Positions 1 to 10,306 of a stretch of DNA of 64,000 bases are shown one piece after another. The notes beneath the pieces are model-generated. The model was not told the origin of the DNA and made no database searches. It saw only the letters and a program-made list of their open reading frames with translations. A program made the translations under genes and the position numbers. Each line of letters begins with the position of its first letter. Within the stretch, counting starts at the first letter, position 1. The stretch is from an uncultured Actinomycetota bacterium. Lineage in GTDB: Bacteria; Actinomycetota; Actinomycetes; JAHEKZ01. The stretch lies in contig CAVURN010000003.1 of NCBI GenBank assembly GCA_963743915.1, positions 512,001 to 576,000 of the forward strand. The letters run 5' to 3'.

Positions 1-885
1 GCGCAGGGGGCCGCCGTTCATGCGCGCGCCAACCCGCTGTCCGTCTGGCTGTACCGCCGACCCAAGGCACGGTTGCTGGCCCTGCTCGCGGCTCCCGTCG
101 TCTGGCTGACACTGGCCTACTTTGCAGCGCTCTTTTTGCTGCTGATGACGTCGTTCTACACCGTTGACGACTTCACGAGCGAACCCGTCCGGGCGTTCAG
201 TCTCGAGAACTACCAGGACATCTTCTCCAACTCGGCCTACCTCAAGGTCATCGGCCGCACCGTCGGAATTGCCGCCGGGGTCACCGCGCTCGCTGTCATC
301 TTCGGTGTTCCCATGGCGTTCTTCATCGCCAAGGTCGTGCCTCGCCGGTGGCGCGGGCTGCTGGTCGCCCTCGTGGTGACGCCGCTGTGGGCTTCCTACC
401 TGGTCAAGGTCTACGCATGGAAGACCATGCTCCAGCCCGAGACCGGCGTCGTGGCCTGGATGCTCGACCCGTTCGGGCTGTCCGGTCCTGGGTACGGTGT
501 GGTCGCGGTGATCATCACGCTGACATATCTGTGGCTGCCGTACATGATCCTGCCGGTCTATGCCGGCCTGGAACGTCTCCCCGACTCGATGCTCGATGCC
601 TCTGCCGATCTCGGCGGCCGGGCCGGCCGCACCCTTCGCTCGGTGGTGCTTCCGCTCGCCTACCCGTCGATCGTGGCCGGGTCTGTCTTCACCTTCTCGC
701 TGAGTCTCGGCGACTACATCACCGTGCAGATCGTGGGCAGCAAGACGCAGATGCTGGGGAGTGTCGTCTACAACAGCTACACCACGGACCTGCCCTTTGC
801 CGCGGCCATGGCCACCGTACCGATCGTGATCATGGTCGTGTACCTGGCTGTGGTCCGTCGCACCGGTGCCTTGGACAGCCTGTGA
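1..885 (+). CDS. ABC transporter permease (PotB-like, polyamine/amino-acid type); 5'-truncated by window edge
   Basis: Frame open from base 1; multiple TM segments, EAA-like loop DASADLGG, LSLGDY. Confidence 0.85.
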   Translation, partial: AQGAAVHARANPLSVWLYRRPKARLLALLAAPVVWLTLAYFAALFLLLMTSFYTVDDFTSEPVRAFSLENYQDIFSNSAYLKVIGRTVGIAAGVTALAVIFGVPMAFFIAKVVPRRWRGLLVALVVTPLWASYLVKVYAWKTMLQPETGVVAWMLDPFGLSGPGYGVVAVIITLTYLWLPYMILPVYAGLERLPDSMLDASADLGGRAGRTLRSVVLPLAYPSIVAGSVFTFSLSLGDYITVQIVGSKTQMLGSVVYNSYTTDLPFAAAMATVPIVIMVVYLAVVRRTGALDSL

Positions 886-895
886 GCGTGCGCAC

Positions 896-1723
896 ATGAC
901 TCTCTCGCGTCCGGCCAAGTGGGCCTTCGGGGTGATGGCTGCGATATGTCTGGCCTTCATCTACGTGCCGCTGGTCGTGGTCGTCATCAACTCCTTCAAT
1001 GCGTCCCGGGTGTTCGCGTGGCCCCCCCAGAGCTACACGACTGACTGGTGGCACGCTGCACTCACCAACCCGGGGGCTCGCGAGGCGGCTCTGACGTCGG
1101 TGCTCGTCGGCATCGCCGCGACGTTGTTCGCGCTCGTCCTCGGCACTCTGATCGCGTTCGCGTTGGGTCGATACTCCTTCTTCGGTCGCCATACGATCTC
1201 CTTGCTGATCGTGCTTCCCCTGGCGCTTCCGGGAATCGTGACTGCACTCGCCTTGCGCACCGCGTTCAAGCCATGGCTCGGGACGTCGTGGGAGTGGCTC
1301 GGTGTCGCGATCGGCCCGACAGTGGTCGCGGCTCATGCGACTTTCTGCATCGTCGTCGTCTACAACAACGTGATCGCACGGCTGCGACGTATGGGGACGA
1401 ACCCGGAAGAGGCATCGATGGATCTGGGCGCGGGTGTGTTCACCACCTTCCGCCTCGTGACCTTCCCCCTGATCCGTCCTGCACTCGTCGCTGGTGCCGT
1501 CCTGGCCTTCGGGCTGTCCTTCGATGAGATCGTGGTGACGCTGTTCACCGCTCCGGCCGATGTCACCACCCTGCCCATCTGGATCTTCCAGAGCCTGTTC
1601 CGACCCAACCAGGGACCGATCGTGAACGCGGTGGCAGCCATTCTGGTGCTGCTGTCCATCATCCCGGTCTACCTGAGCCAGCGCCTGTCCGGTGATCCGG
1701 GGCACGCCGGCGGACGGATGTAG
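896..1723 (+). CDS. ABC transporter permease (PotC-like)
   Basis: EEASMDLGA EAA motif, LSFDE, TTLP; ATG at 896. Confidence 0.88.
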   Translation: MTLSRPAKWAFGVMAAICLAFIYVPLVVVVINSFNASRVFAWPPQSYTTDWWHAALTNPGAREAALTSVLVGIAATLFALVLGTLIAFALGRYSFFGRHTISLLIVLPLALPGIVTALALRTAFKPWLGTSWEWLGVAIGPTVVAAHATFCIVVVYNNVIARLRRMGTNPEEASMDLGAGVFTTFRLVTFPLIRPALVAGAVLAFGLSFDEIVVTLFTAPADVTTLPIWIFQSLFRPNQGPIVNAVAAILVLLSIIPVYLSQRLSGDPGHAGGRM

Positions 1724-1731
1724 CGGACTGC

Positions 1732-2985
1732 ATGACGGACCTGACCCGCGCATGGGCTGAGCAGCAGGACGCCGCTGACGAGCTCGCCTCCTTTCGCCAC
1801 CGCTTCCACCGCGCGGACCCCAACCTGCTGTACCTCGACGGCAACAGTCTCGGCATGCTGCCTCTGGCCACACGGGAGCGGTTGAGTCGCTTCGTCGAAG
1901 ACGAGTGGGGGCGTGACCTGGTGCGCGGGTGGCCGCGGTGGGACCCGCTGCCACTCGAGGTGGGCGACACGGTCGGTGAGCTGATCGGCGCAGCCGCAGG
2001 GCAGGTGGTGGTGTGCGACTCGATCTCGGTGAACCTGTACAAGCTCGCCGTCGCGGCGTTGGAGGCGCAGCCGGGACGCAAGGTGCTGGTCACGGACGCG
2101 CGCAACTTCCCGTCCGACCGATACGTCCTGCAAGGCGCCGCCGAGCGACGCAAGGGCCAGCTTCGCCAGGTGCCGGTCGACCCCGTCGCGGGGATCACGA
2201 GCGATGCGCTGCACACCTACCTCGCCGACGACGTCGCCATGGTCGCGTTCTCCCACGTCGACTACCGGTCGTCCACGATCGCGCAGGTGGCCGAGCTGAC
2301 CGAGCAGGCGCACCGTGCCGGCGCCCTCGTGCTCTGGGACCTCGCCCACTCGGTCGGCGCCGTGCCGATCGAGCTGGACGCCCTGGGCGTCGACCTGGCC
2401 GTCGGCTGCACGTACAAGTACCTCAACGCCGGCCCCGGCTCACCGGCGTTCCTCTACGTGCGCCGCGACCTGCAGCCGCGCCTGCACAACCCGATCCAGG
2501 GCTGGTGGAGCGTCGCCGACCCGTTCGACATGGATGCCCCTTACACACCCGCCGACGGCATCGCCCGCTGGCAGACCGGAACACCGCCGATCCCGGGCGT
2601 GATCGCCGTCCAGGAGGGCGCCGCCCTGCTCGCCGACGCGGGCATCGGACGCCTGCGCGCCAAGTCGGTCGCTCTCACCGAGTACCTGATCGCGCTCGCG
2701 GACGCCTGGCTCGCGCCGCTCGGCTTCACGGTCGTCTCCACGCGGGACGCGGAGCGACGCGGCGGACACGTGATCCTCGCCCACGACGACGCCTACCGGA
2801 TCGGGCAGGCGTGCTCCGCCGCGGGCGTGGTCGGTGACACGCGACCGCCGAACCTGTTCCGCCTGGCGCCGGCGCCGGTGTCGACCTCGTTCGCCGACGT
2901 GTGGGAGGCGATGGGTCGCATCCGCGACCTCGTGGCGTCCGGGGCCCACCTCGCGCTGCCGACCGAGCGCCCACGCGTCACGTGA
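1732..2985 (+). CDS. kynU: Kynureninase
   Basis: YLDGNSLG, WDLAHSVGA, GCTYKYLNAGPG PLP-lysine motif. Confidence 0.93.
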   Translation: MTDLTRAWAEQQDAADELASFRHRFHRADPNLLYLDGNSLGMLPLATRERLSRFVEDEWGRDLVRGWPRWDPLPLEVGDTVGELIGAAAGQVVVCDSISVNLYKLAVAALEAQPGRKVLVTDARNFPSDRYVLQGAAERRKGQLRQVPVDPVAGITSDALHTYLADDVAMVAFSHVDYRSSTIAQVAELTEQAHRAGALVLWDLAHSVGAVPIELDALGVDLAVGCTYKYLNAGPGSPAFLYVRRDLQPRLHNPIQGWWSVADPFDMDAPYTPADGIARWQTGTPPIPGVIAVQEGAALLADAGIGRLRAKSVALTEYLIALADAWLAPLGFTVVSTRDAERRGGHVILAHDDAYRIGQACSAAGVVGDTRPPNLFRLAPAPVSTSFADVWEAMGRIRDLVASGAHLALPTERPRVT

Positions 2986-2993
2986 GGGCTGCC

Positions 2994-3783
2994 ATGGTCA
3001 CGTCCGAGGACCGCTCCATCCTCACCCCCGGTGCCCTCGCGCCCGATGTCGTCGTGAGCTATGGCGACCACGAGGACCAGGTCGCCGAGGTCTGGCCCGT
3101 CGACGCCGAGCTCACCCCTGGTCGTCGTGCTGCACGGAGGGTTCTGGCAGCAGTCGTACGACCGCGCCCACTGCCGACCGCTCGCCGCGGCACTCGCCCA
3201 GCAGGGTGCGACCGTGATGCTGCTCGAGTACCGCAGGGTCGGGGGCGCAGGCGGATGGCCGCACACCTTCGACGACGTGCGGGTCGGCCTGCGGCGTCTG
3301 GTGCAGCACCACCCGCAGGCATCCCGGCGCGTGGTGGTCGGCCACAGCGCCGGGGGGCATCTGGCGCTCTGGGTGGCGGCGACCGAGCCAACGCCGGTGG
3401 TGGACGCCGTCGTCGCGCTGGCGCCGGTCGCCGACCTCGGTGCGATGGCGGCGCACTTCGGGTCGGGGGAGAACCCGGTGCGTCGACCTGCTCGGCGGCG
3501 ACCCGGACGCGCGGCCGGACCGCTACGACCTGGCCGACCCCGTACGCCTGCCGTCGCCGCGCGCGGAGGTGCAGCTGGTGCACGGCCGTGCGCGACACGC
3601 TGGTGCCGGTGGAGCAGAGCCGCCGCTACCTCCAGGCACATCCCACGGTCAGCGCTCACCGAGCTCGACTGCGCGCACTTCGAGCTGATCGACCCGCGCA
3701 GCACCGCTTTCGCCACGGTGCGAGCGGCCGTGGACGAGGCGACGGACGCCGGCGCGGCCGGCGTCCGCACCCGCCCCTGGTGA
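2994..3783 (+). CDS. Alpha/beta hydrolase (possible kynurenine formamidase); several frameshifts
   Basis: SYGDHEDQ, HGGFW, GHSAGG, HFELIDP split over two frames. Confidence 0.75.
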
Positions 3784-3799
3784 GCGCGGCGCCGCCCCC

Positions 3800-3879
3800 G
3801 CCGGTGATCGGAGCGTTTCAGTCACTTCAGGGCCGTCGACGGCAGCCGAGAAACTGACGAGGATGCTCCGATCACCGGC
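3800..3879. repeat. Palindromic REP/MITE-like intergenic element, copy 1
   Basis: GCCGGTGATCGGAGC...GCTCCGATCACCGGC inverted repeat; related copy at 17712-17781. Confidence 0.65.
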
Positions 3880-3937
3880 AGGTGGCGCGCGCCGTGTGAC
3901 TTTGGGGCTCCGGTGGACGACCCCCTAGACTGGGTGG

Positions 3938-5508
3938 GTGAAGCGCGGCGATGGTCAGCTCACCCACGAGCTCCTCCCCGGAGAACGTGGTCCCCAGGAC
4001 GCCTGCGGCGTCTTCGGCGTCTGGGCCCCCGGCGAAGAGGTCGCCAAGCTCGCCTACTTCGGGCTGTACGCCCTGCAGCACCGCGGCCAGGAGTCCGCCG
4101 GGATCGCGGTCAGCGACGGCGACGGCATCGTGGTCTACAAGGACATGGGTCTCGTCGCGCAGGTGTTCGACGAGAGCCATCTGGCCACCCTGACCGGGCA
4201 CCTGGCCGTCGGCCACACCCGCTACTCCACCACCGGCTCCAGCAACTGGGAGAACGCCCAGCCCACCTTCCGGCACACCGGCGACGGTGGCGTCGCGCTC
4301 GGGCACAACGGCAACCTGATCAACACCGGCGAGCTCGCCCGGCTGGCTGCGGAGTCCGAGGTGGCGCGCGGCGACGTCCTGCTCCCCGGGTTCGCCACCC
4401 CCAACGCCACCAGCGACACCGACCTGGTGACCACGCTTCTGGCCAACCACCCCACCCGCTCGCTGGAGAAGGCGGCGCTGGAGATCCTGCCGCTGCTGCG
4501 GGGCGCCTTCAGCCTGGTGTTCATGGACGAGTCCACGCTCTACGCCGCCCGCGACGCGCAGGGCATCCGCCCGCTGGTCCTCGGACGCCTCGAGCGCGGC
4601 TGGGTCGTGGCGTCCGAGACCGCGGCGCTCGACATCGTCGGCGCGCTCGTACGTGCGCGAGGTCGAGCCCGGCGAGATGGTCGCCGTCGACGAGCACGGC
4701 CTCCGCACCCAGCACTTCGCCCAGGCCGACCCCAAGGGCTGCATCTTCGAGTACGTCTACCTGGCCCGCCCCGACACCAGCATCGCCGGCCGCAGCGTGC
4801 ACGAGGCGCGCGTCGACGTCGGACGCCGCCTCGCGCGGCAGCAGCCGGTCGAGGCCGACCTGGTGATCCCCGTTCCCGAGTCCGGCACGCCGGCCGCGAT
4901 CGGCTACGCGCAGGAGTCCGGCATCCCCTACGCGCAGGGGCTCGTCAAGAACGCGTACGTCGGGCGCACCTTCATCCAGCCGTCGCAGACCATCCGTCAG
5001 CTCGGCATCCGGCTCAAGCTCAACCCGCTCCGCGAGGTGATCGCCGGCAAGCGGCTCGTCGTGGTGGACGACTCCATCGTGCGCGGCAACACCCAGCGCG
5101 CACTGGTGCGCATGCTCCGCGAGGCCGGGCGCGGCCGAGGTGCACGTGCGGATCTCCAGCCCGCCGGTGAAGTGGCCGTGCTTCTACGGCATCGACTTCG
5201 CCACCCGCGCCGAGCTGATCGCCAACGGCCTCGCGGTCGACGAGATCCGCCAGTCGGTCGGCGCGGACTCCTTGACCTACATCTCGCTCGACGAGCTCGT
5301 CGAGGCCACGATGGTCCCGCGTGACCGTCTGTGCACCGCCTGTTTCACCGGTGAGTACCCGATCGAGCTGCCGGAGCCGGAAGCGCTCGGCAAGCACCTG
5401 CTCGAGGGCCTCGAACGCGGCAGCACCGCGGACGCGACCACCGACGTCGACGGGCTCGCCTCGGTCACCGCCGGTACCGGCGCGGCCGACGCCCTTGGGC
5501 GACCGTGA
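3938..5508 (+). CDS. purF: Amidophosphoribosyltransferase; frameshifts near 4650 and 5130
   Basis: DACGVFG, LQHRGQESAG, GHTRYST, HNGNLIN, CIFEYVY, VVVDDSIVRGNT. Confidence 0.95.
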
Positions 5509-6659
5509 CCATGGACGGGTCTGAGGGAGCCCAGAAGGTCACCTACGCCGACGCCGGCGTCCGCATCGCCGAGGGGAACCGCGCCGTCGAGCTGATGAAG
5601 TCGAGCATCGCGCGCGCGTCCCGGCCGGAGGTCGTGGGCGGCATCGGCGGCTTCTCCGGACTCTTCGACCTGACCCCGTTCACGCGGCTGCGTCGGCCGC
5701 TGCTCGCGTCCTCCACGGACGGCGTCGGCACCAAGGTCGACGTCGCGCGCCGGATGGACGTCCACGACACGATCGGCATCGACCTGGTCGCGATGGTGCT
5801 CGACGACCTCGTCGTCTGCGGCGCCGAGCCGCTCTTCATGACCGACTACATCGCGGTCGGCAAGGTCGTTCCCGAGCACATCGCGTCCATCGTCTCCGGC
5901 ATCGCGGAGGGCTGCCGCGTCGCGGGTGCCGCGCTGATCGGTGGCGAGACCGCTGAGCACCCCGGCCTGCTCGACCCTGACGAGTACGACGTCGCCGGCG
6001 CGGGTACCGGGATCGTCGACGCCGAGCACGTGCTCGGCGCCGAGCGCGTCCGGGCCGGGGACGTCCTCGTCGCCCTGGGCAGCAGCGGGCTCCACTCCAA
6101 CGGCTACTCGCTGGCGCGTCACGTCTTCTTCGCGCTCGCGCAGTGGAGCCTGGACCGTCAGGTGGACGAGCTGGGTCGCACGCTCGGGGAAGAGCTGCTC
6201 GAGCCCACGCGCATCTACAGCCTCGACTGTCTGGCGCTGGCGTCCGCGCAGCGCGAGCACCTGCACGCGTTCTCGCACATCACCGGCGGCGGCATCGGCG
6301 AGAACCTCGGGCGGGTGATCCCCGCCGGGCTCACCGCGACGGTCGACCGCGGCACCTGGACGCCGGCGCCGATCTTCGGCCTCGTCGGCGACGTCGGGAG
6401 CGTGGCGCGCGAGGACCTCGAGCGCACCTTCAACCAGGGCATCGGGATGGTCGCGGTGGTGGCCCCCGAGGCGGCGGACGCCACGGTGCGGCTGCTCACG
6501 GACCGGGGAGTGCCCGCGTGGGTGTGCGGTCAGGTGGCTGCGTCTGACAGCTCGGAGCGGGCCCGCCTGGTCGGCGACCACCCGCCTGAGCCTGCTGCCT
6601 TCGATCCCTACGCCAGGGCGCCACGATACCCGTCCTGCGGCGCGACTGTGGCGGTCTGA
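5505..6659 (+). CDS. purM: Phosphoribosylformylglycinamidine cyclo-ligase
   Basis: TDGVGTK, GGETAEHPG, GLHSNGYSL, HITGGG. Confidence 0.96.
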   Translation: MTMDGSEGAQKVTYADAGVRIAEGNRAVELMKSSIARASRPEVVGGIGGFSGLFDLTPFTRLRRPLLASSTDGVGTKVDVARRMDVHDTIGIDLVAMVLDDLVVCGAEPLFMTDYIAVGKVVPEHIASIVSGIAEGCRVAGAALIGGETAEHPGLLDPDEYDVAGAGTGIVDAEHVLGAERVRAGDVLVALGSSGLHSNGYSLARHVFFALAQWSLDRQVDELGRTLGEELLEPTRIYSLDCLALASAQREHLHAFSHITGGGIGENLGRVIPAGLTATVDRGTWTPAPIFGLVGDVGSVAREDLERTFNQGIGMVAVVAPEAADATVRLLTDRGVPAWVCGQVAASDSSERARLVGDHPPEPAAFDPYARAPRYPSCGATVAV

Positions 6660-6663
6660 CGTG

Positions 6664-6861
6664 TCAGCGGCCTGAGTCGGCGTCGCCGTAGGCCTGCGCG
6701 TAGGGGTCGTAGGGGTCGTCCTCGACGGTGTCGCTGTGGTCGAGGTGCGCGTCAGCGGCACCGAGCTCGACCGAGAGCTTGTCCACGTCGAGCTCGGAGC
6801 TGGAGTACTTCAGTTGCCGAGCGACCTTCGTCTGCTTGGCCTTGGCCCTCCCGCGACCCAT
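6664..6861 (-). CDS. DUF3073 family protein
   Basis: [19 protein letters not shown]; usual actinobacterial position next to purM. Confidence 0.9.
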   Translation of the reverse strand: MGRGRAKAKQTKVARQLKYSSSELDVDKLSVELGAADAHLDHSDTVEDDPYDPYAQAYGDADSGR

Positions 6862-7005
6862 GGGCTGACCCCCTCGTTGGGGCCGGGCCCCAGTAGGCGT
6901 GTCTGGCGGTCTGTGCAGCAGTGGCGCGACCAGCGCCACCGCCCTCCAGGGTAGACGATCCTCCGCCCGGAGGTGCACCCAGGCGCACCCGACCAGCCGT
7001 TCGGC

Positions 7006-8071
7006 TCAGACCGGCGTCGCCCGCCCGGCGGCCATCCGGGCCTCGGCCAGCCGGTCGGCGGCCTGGGCAGGGGGCACCCCCTCCGACGTCGCCAGCGCCA
7101 GGACCTCCAGGGTCGTGTCGAAGATGCCCAGCGCGCGGGTGCGGGCCCGGTCGGCGTCGAACCCGTGCAGCTCGTCGGCCACCTGGATGACCCCGCCGGC
7201 GTTGACGAGGTAGTCGGGCGCGTAGGTGACGCCTCGGGCGGCCAGCTGCTGCTCGACGCCGGGGTGCGCCAGCTGGTTGTTGGCGCCGCCGCACACCACC
7301 TGGGCGGTGAGGTGTTCGACGGTGCTGTCGTCCAGCGCGCCGCCCAGGGCGTTGGGGGAGTAGATGTCGACGCCGGGCCAGGCCACGAGCTCGGCCTCGG
7401 TCGCCGCCACCTCGACGTCGGGGTGGGCGGCCCGCACCCGGCCGACCGCCTCGGCGTCCACGTCGTGCACGACGACGGACGCCCCCGCTTCGGTCGCGTG
7501 GTCCACCAGCCGGTGTCCCACCTTGCCCACCCCCGAAGATCGCGATCCGGCGTCCGGTCAGGTCGTCGGTGCCCCACAGGTGCTGGGCGCAGGCCCGCAT
7601 GCCGCAGAAGACGCCGAGCGCGGTGAGGATCGACGAGTCGCCGCTGCCCCCGTTCTCGGGGCTGCGACCGGTGACGAACCGGCTGGTGCGGGCGACCACG
7701 TCCATGTCGGCGACGTAGGTGCCCACGTCGCACGCGGTGACGTACCGACCCCCCAGCGACTCGACCACGCGTCCGTACGCCTCGAGCAGCGCCTCGGTCT
7801 TGTCGGTGCGCGGATCACCGATGATGACCGCCTTGCCGCCGCCGAGGTCGAGGCCGGCCAGGGCGTTCTTGTAGCTCATCGCTCGGGAGAGGCGCAGCAC
7901 GTCGTCGAGCGCGGCGGCGTCATCGACGTAGCGGTGGAAGCGGGTGCCGCCGAGGGCGGGGCCGAGAGCGGTGGAGTGGATGCCGACCAGGGCCCGGAGC
8001 CCGGTGGCGGTGTCGGAGGCGAGGACCACCTGCTCGTGTCCGGCGAACCGGTCGAAGAGGTGCACCGCCAC
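7006..8071 (-). CDS. Leu/Phe/Val dehydrogenase; frameshift near 7533
   Basis: [43 protein letters not shown]. Confidence 0.92.
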
Positions 8072-8269
8072 GGTCCGACCCTACCGGTGGGGCCGATGCC
8101 CCGAACGGGTTAGTCCGGGCACGAGGTGTGAGATGGTCCATTGGAGGGATATCTGGACAAGCTGGACAACCGTCACTCTTTGCATTAGTACGCTTGCGCA
8201 GAGCAATCAGGCGGGACGCCGTGCGCCGCACCGCGCCGCCCGACCCACGACGGGACCGAGGGGGGACCG

Positions 8270-8545
8270 ATGGGACCAGGAGCACCCGAGCCGGAGACCC
8301 TGCTGACGCCTGCGGAGGTCGCCGCCCTCTTCCGGGTCGACCCCAAGACGGTCACCCGATGGGCCAAGGCGGGCAAGCTCAGTGCGATCCGCACGCTCGG
8401 CGGCCATCGCCGCTACCGGGCGGCCGAGGTCTACGCCCTGCTCGAGGGCCTGCAGGTCGAGCCCCCGGAGGCCTCCCCGGACACCCAGGGGCCGCTCGGA
8501 CCCACTGGCGTGAGCCCCACGGAGAACAACACTCCGCATCGCTGA
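8270..8545 (+). CDS. bldC: BldC family MerR-like DNA-binding protein
   Basis: LLTPAEVAALFRVDPKTVTRWAKAGKL...TLGGHRRY. Confidence 0.93.
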   Translation: MGPGAPEPETLLTPAEVAALFRVDPKTVTRWAKAGKLSAIRTLGGHRRYRAAEVYALLEGLQVEPPEASPDTQGPLGPTGVSPTENNTPHR

Positions 8546-8590
8546 CGCGACACCTGCGGCTGGATTACGCCAAACGAGTGACGCGAATGG

Positions 8591-8606
8591 TGTGACATGA
8601 GTCACA
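8591..8606. promoter_or_regulatory. CRP/GlxR-type site upstream of NlpC/P60 gene
   Basis: TGTGA-CATGAG-TCACA, perfect TGTGA-N6-TCACA; arms extend to GGTGTGAC/GTCACACC. Confidence 0.7.
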
Positions 8607-8684
8607 CCAGCCCGTCCTGGCTTGCGTCCCCACGCGAGGGCCGTCGATACCATCTCGTGACTTCGCCGCCCGGCGGAGCAGCGC

Positions 8685-8865
8685 CGGGCACGCCGAATCC
8701 TGCCCAGCCCGGCGACTACGCACCGAACCACGTGGGCAGGAGCGGGGGACCCAAGGTTAGTGACCGGCTTCATGCCGGTCTTGGGGTTAAGTCGTGCCAG
8801 CCACTGGCTGGGCGACCGGGCACTCTTCGGCCCGCACCCGACAGCTGACCTCGCAGGCGTCGGAG
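8685..8865 (+). ncRNA. Cyclic di-AMP (ydaO/yuaA) riboswitch
   Basis: GCCGAATCCTGC...GCAGGAGCGGGGGACCCA...TTGGGGTTAA...CCCGACAGCTGACCTCGCAGGCG directly upstream of a cell-wall hydrolase. Confidence 0.9.
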
Positions 8866-8872
8866 AGGAAAC

Positions 8873-9565
8873 ATGTCGCGTCTTTTCGCGCGTCGACGTC
8901 TGCTTGCCGTCGGCCTGTCCCTGGCCCTTGCCATCCCGATCCTCGGGAGCACCTCCGCCACCGCGTCCGACCGAGATTTCGAGATGCTGCGGCTCCGAGA
9001 CTCCGGCCCGCGGGTGCTGCTCGCGCAGCGTGTGCTCGATGTCGATCCTCGGACCGGCTTCTACAACAAGCGCACCAAGCAGGCGGTGAAGCGCTTCCAG
9101 GACAACCGCAACTACGAGGCGACCGGCCTGGTCAACGAGCGCACCTGGCACGCACTGGAGCGTCGTTGGGACGCCATCCAGGACGCCAGGCGCCGGATCA
9201 ACACCAAGTACCACCGCATCATGAAGATCGCCAAGAACCAGAAGGGCGACCCTTACGTCTACGGCGCGGCTGGCCCCGGCGCCTTCGACTGCTCAGGCCT
9301 CACGATGTACGTCTACCGCCAGGCGGCCGGCGTCTCGATGCAGCACACCGCCACGGGACAGTTCCGCAAGGGCGACCGCATCACCCGCAAGCAGGCGCGT
9401 CCCGGCGATCTGGTGTTCATGCACTCCGGCGGGAACATCTACCACGCAGGCATCTACGCCGGTAAGGGCAGGATCCTGCACGCCTCGCGTCCGGGCACCA
9501 ACGTCAAGGTCGACCCGATCTGGACCAGCAGCACCTACTACGTGCGCATCCTGCCGAACCGCTAG
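8873..9565 (+). CDS. Secreted NlpC/P60 (C40) peptidoglycan endopeptidase with PG-binding domain
   Basis: Signal peptide, TKQAVKRFQ PG-binding motif, PYVYGAAGP-AFDCSGL, HAGIY. Confidence 0.92.
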   Translation: MSRLFARRRLLAVGLSLALAIPILGSTSATASDRDFEMLRLRDSGPRVLLAQRVLDVDPRTGFYNKRTKQAVKRFQDNRNYEATGLVNERTWHALERRWDAIQDARRRINTKYHRIMKIAKNQKGDPYVYGAAGPGAFDCSGLTMYVYRQAAGVSMQHTATGQFRKGDRITRKQARPGDLVFMHSGGNIYHAGIYAGKGRILHASRPGTNVKVDPIWTSSTYYVRILPNR

Positions 9566-9572
9566 GAACAGC

Positions 9573-9619
9573 GTGACGTGAGGAAGGGCCCCGCCATGGC
9601 GGGGCCCTTCTCACGTCAC
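9573..9619. terminator. Bidirectional hairpin terminator
   Basis: GTGACGTGAGGAAGGGCCCCGCC-AT-GGCGGGGCCCTTCTCACGTCAC between convergent genes. Confidence 0.8.
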
Positions 9620-9870
9620 GAGCCGGTGCCGGCTGACGTCTTCGCCGGGGAGCTGGTCGACGACGTGCCACTGTCCGGCGAGGTCAGGTCGATGCCGCCG
9701 GGCAGCCGCTGCGTGAGCGAGGGCAGCTTCTCGGCGACCTTCTGCTCGACGGCCTTCGCGCGAGGTGACTGCCAGGCGTCCTTGGCGGTCGTCCAGACCT
9801 TCTGCCGGGCGCTCTCGTTGGCGGCGAGATAGCCCACGGCCATGCCGACCGCGGTACCGAGCTTGAACAT
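9616..9870 (-). CDS. Small membrane-anchored hypothetical protein (YtxH-like)
   Basis: MFKLGTAVGMAVGYLAA; GGAGG RBS upstream. Confidence 0.7.
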   Translation of the reverse strand: MFKLGTAVGMAVGYLAANESARQKVWTTAKDAWQSPRAKAVEQKVAEKLPSLTQRLPGGIDLTSPDSGTSSTSSPAKTSAGTGS

Positions 9871-9966
9871 CGTTCCTCCCTGGGGCTGGCGCACCGCGGG
9901 GATCTGCGGCGTCCACTCAGCGGTACCCGAGGAGCGCGGGCGGCCGAAACCCCGGCCTGGCGGCGC

Positions 9967-10116
9967 TCAGCGGCAGGAGGCGGCGCTGGCCGGAGGCTCG
10001 TCGCACGCCTGGGGGAAGAGCTCGGTGGAGTAGCGCCCTGCGGCGTAGCCGAGCAGTCCGACCAGCATGAGCGCCGCCAGCACCGTCGCCACGACGACTC
10101 CCCGTGCCTCGACCAC
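9967..10116 (-). CDS. Putative 49-aa single-TM protein with two Cys (not in ORF track)
   Basis: GTG start after GGAGAGGGG; MVEARGVVVATVLAALMLVGLLGYAAGRYSTELFPQACDEPPASAASCR*. Confidence 0.45.
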   Translation of the reverse strand: MVEARGVVVATVLAALMLVGLLGYAAGRYSTELFPQACDEPPASAASCR

Positions 10117-10222
10117 CGCGCCACCCCTCTCCCAGGACGTCTGTCCGCGCCCCTTGGGGGTATCGGCAGGTCAGCACCGCGAGGTGAGCCGCGGGCGAGG
10201 GGCTCATCGACCTACGGCGAAT

Positions 10223-10287
10223 TACCCCCGGGGGGTACTTGACAGGAATGGATCGGAGAGGAACGATGCTAGTACCCCATAGGGGTA
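10223..10287. promoter_or_regulatory. Tandem CsoR/RicR-type copper operators flanking a TTGACA promoter
   Basis: TACCCCCGGGGGGTA (10223-10237), TACCCCATAGGGGTA (10273-10287), TTGACA at 10239; degenerate third box at 10148-10162. Confidence 0.75.
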
Positions 10288-10306
10288 TAGGGCATCTGGA
10301 GGAATC

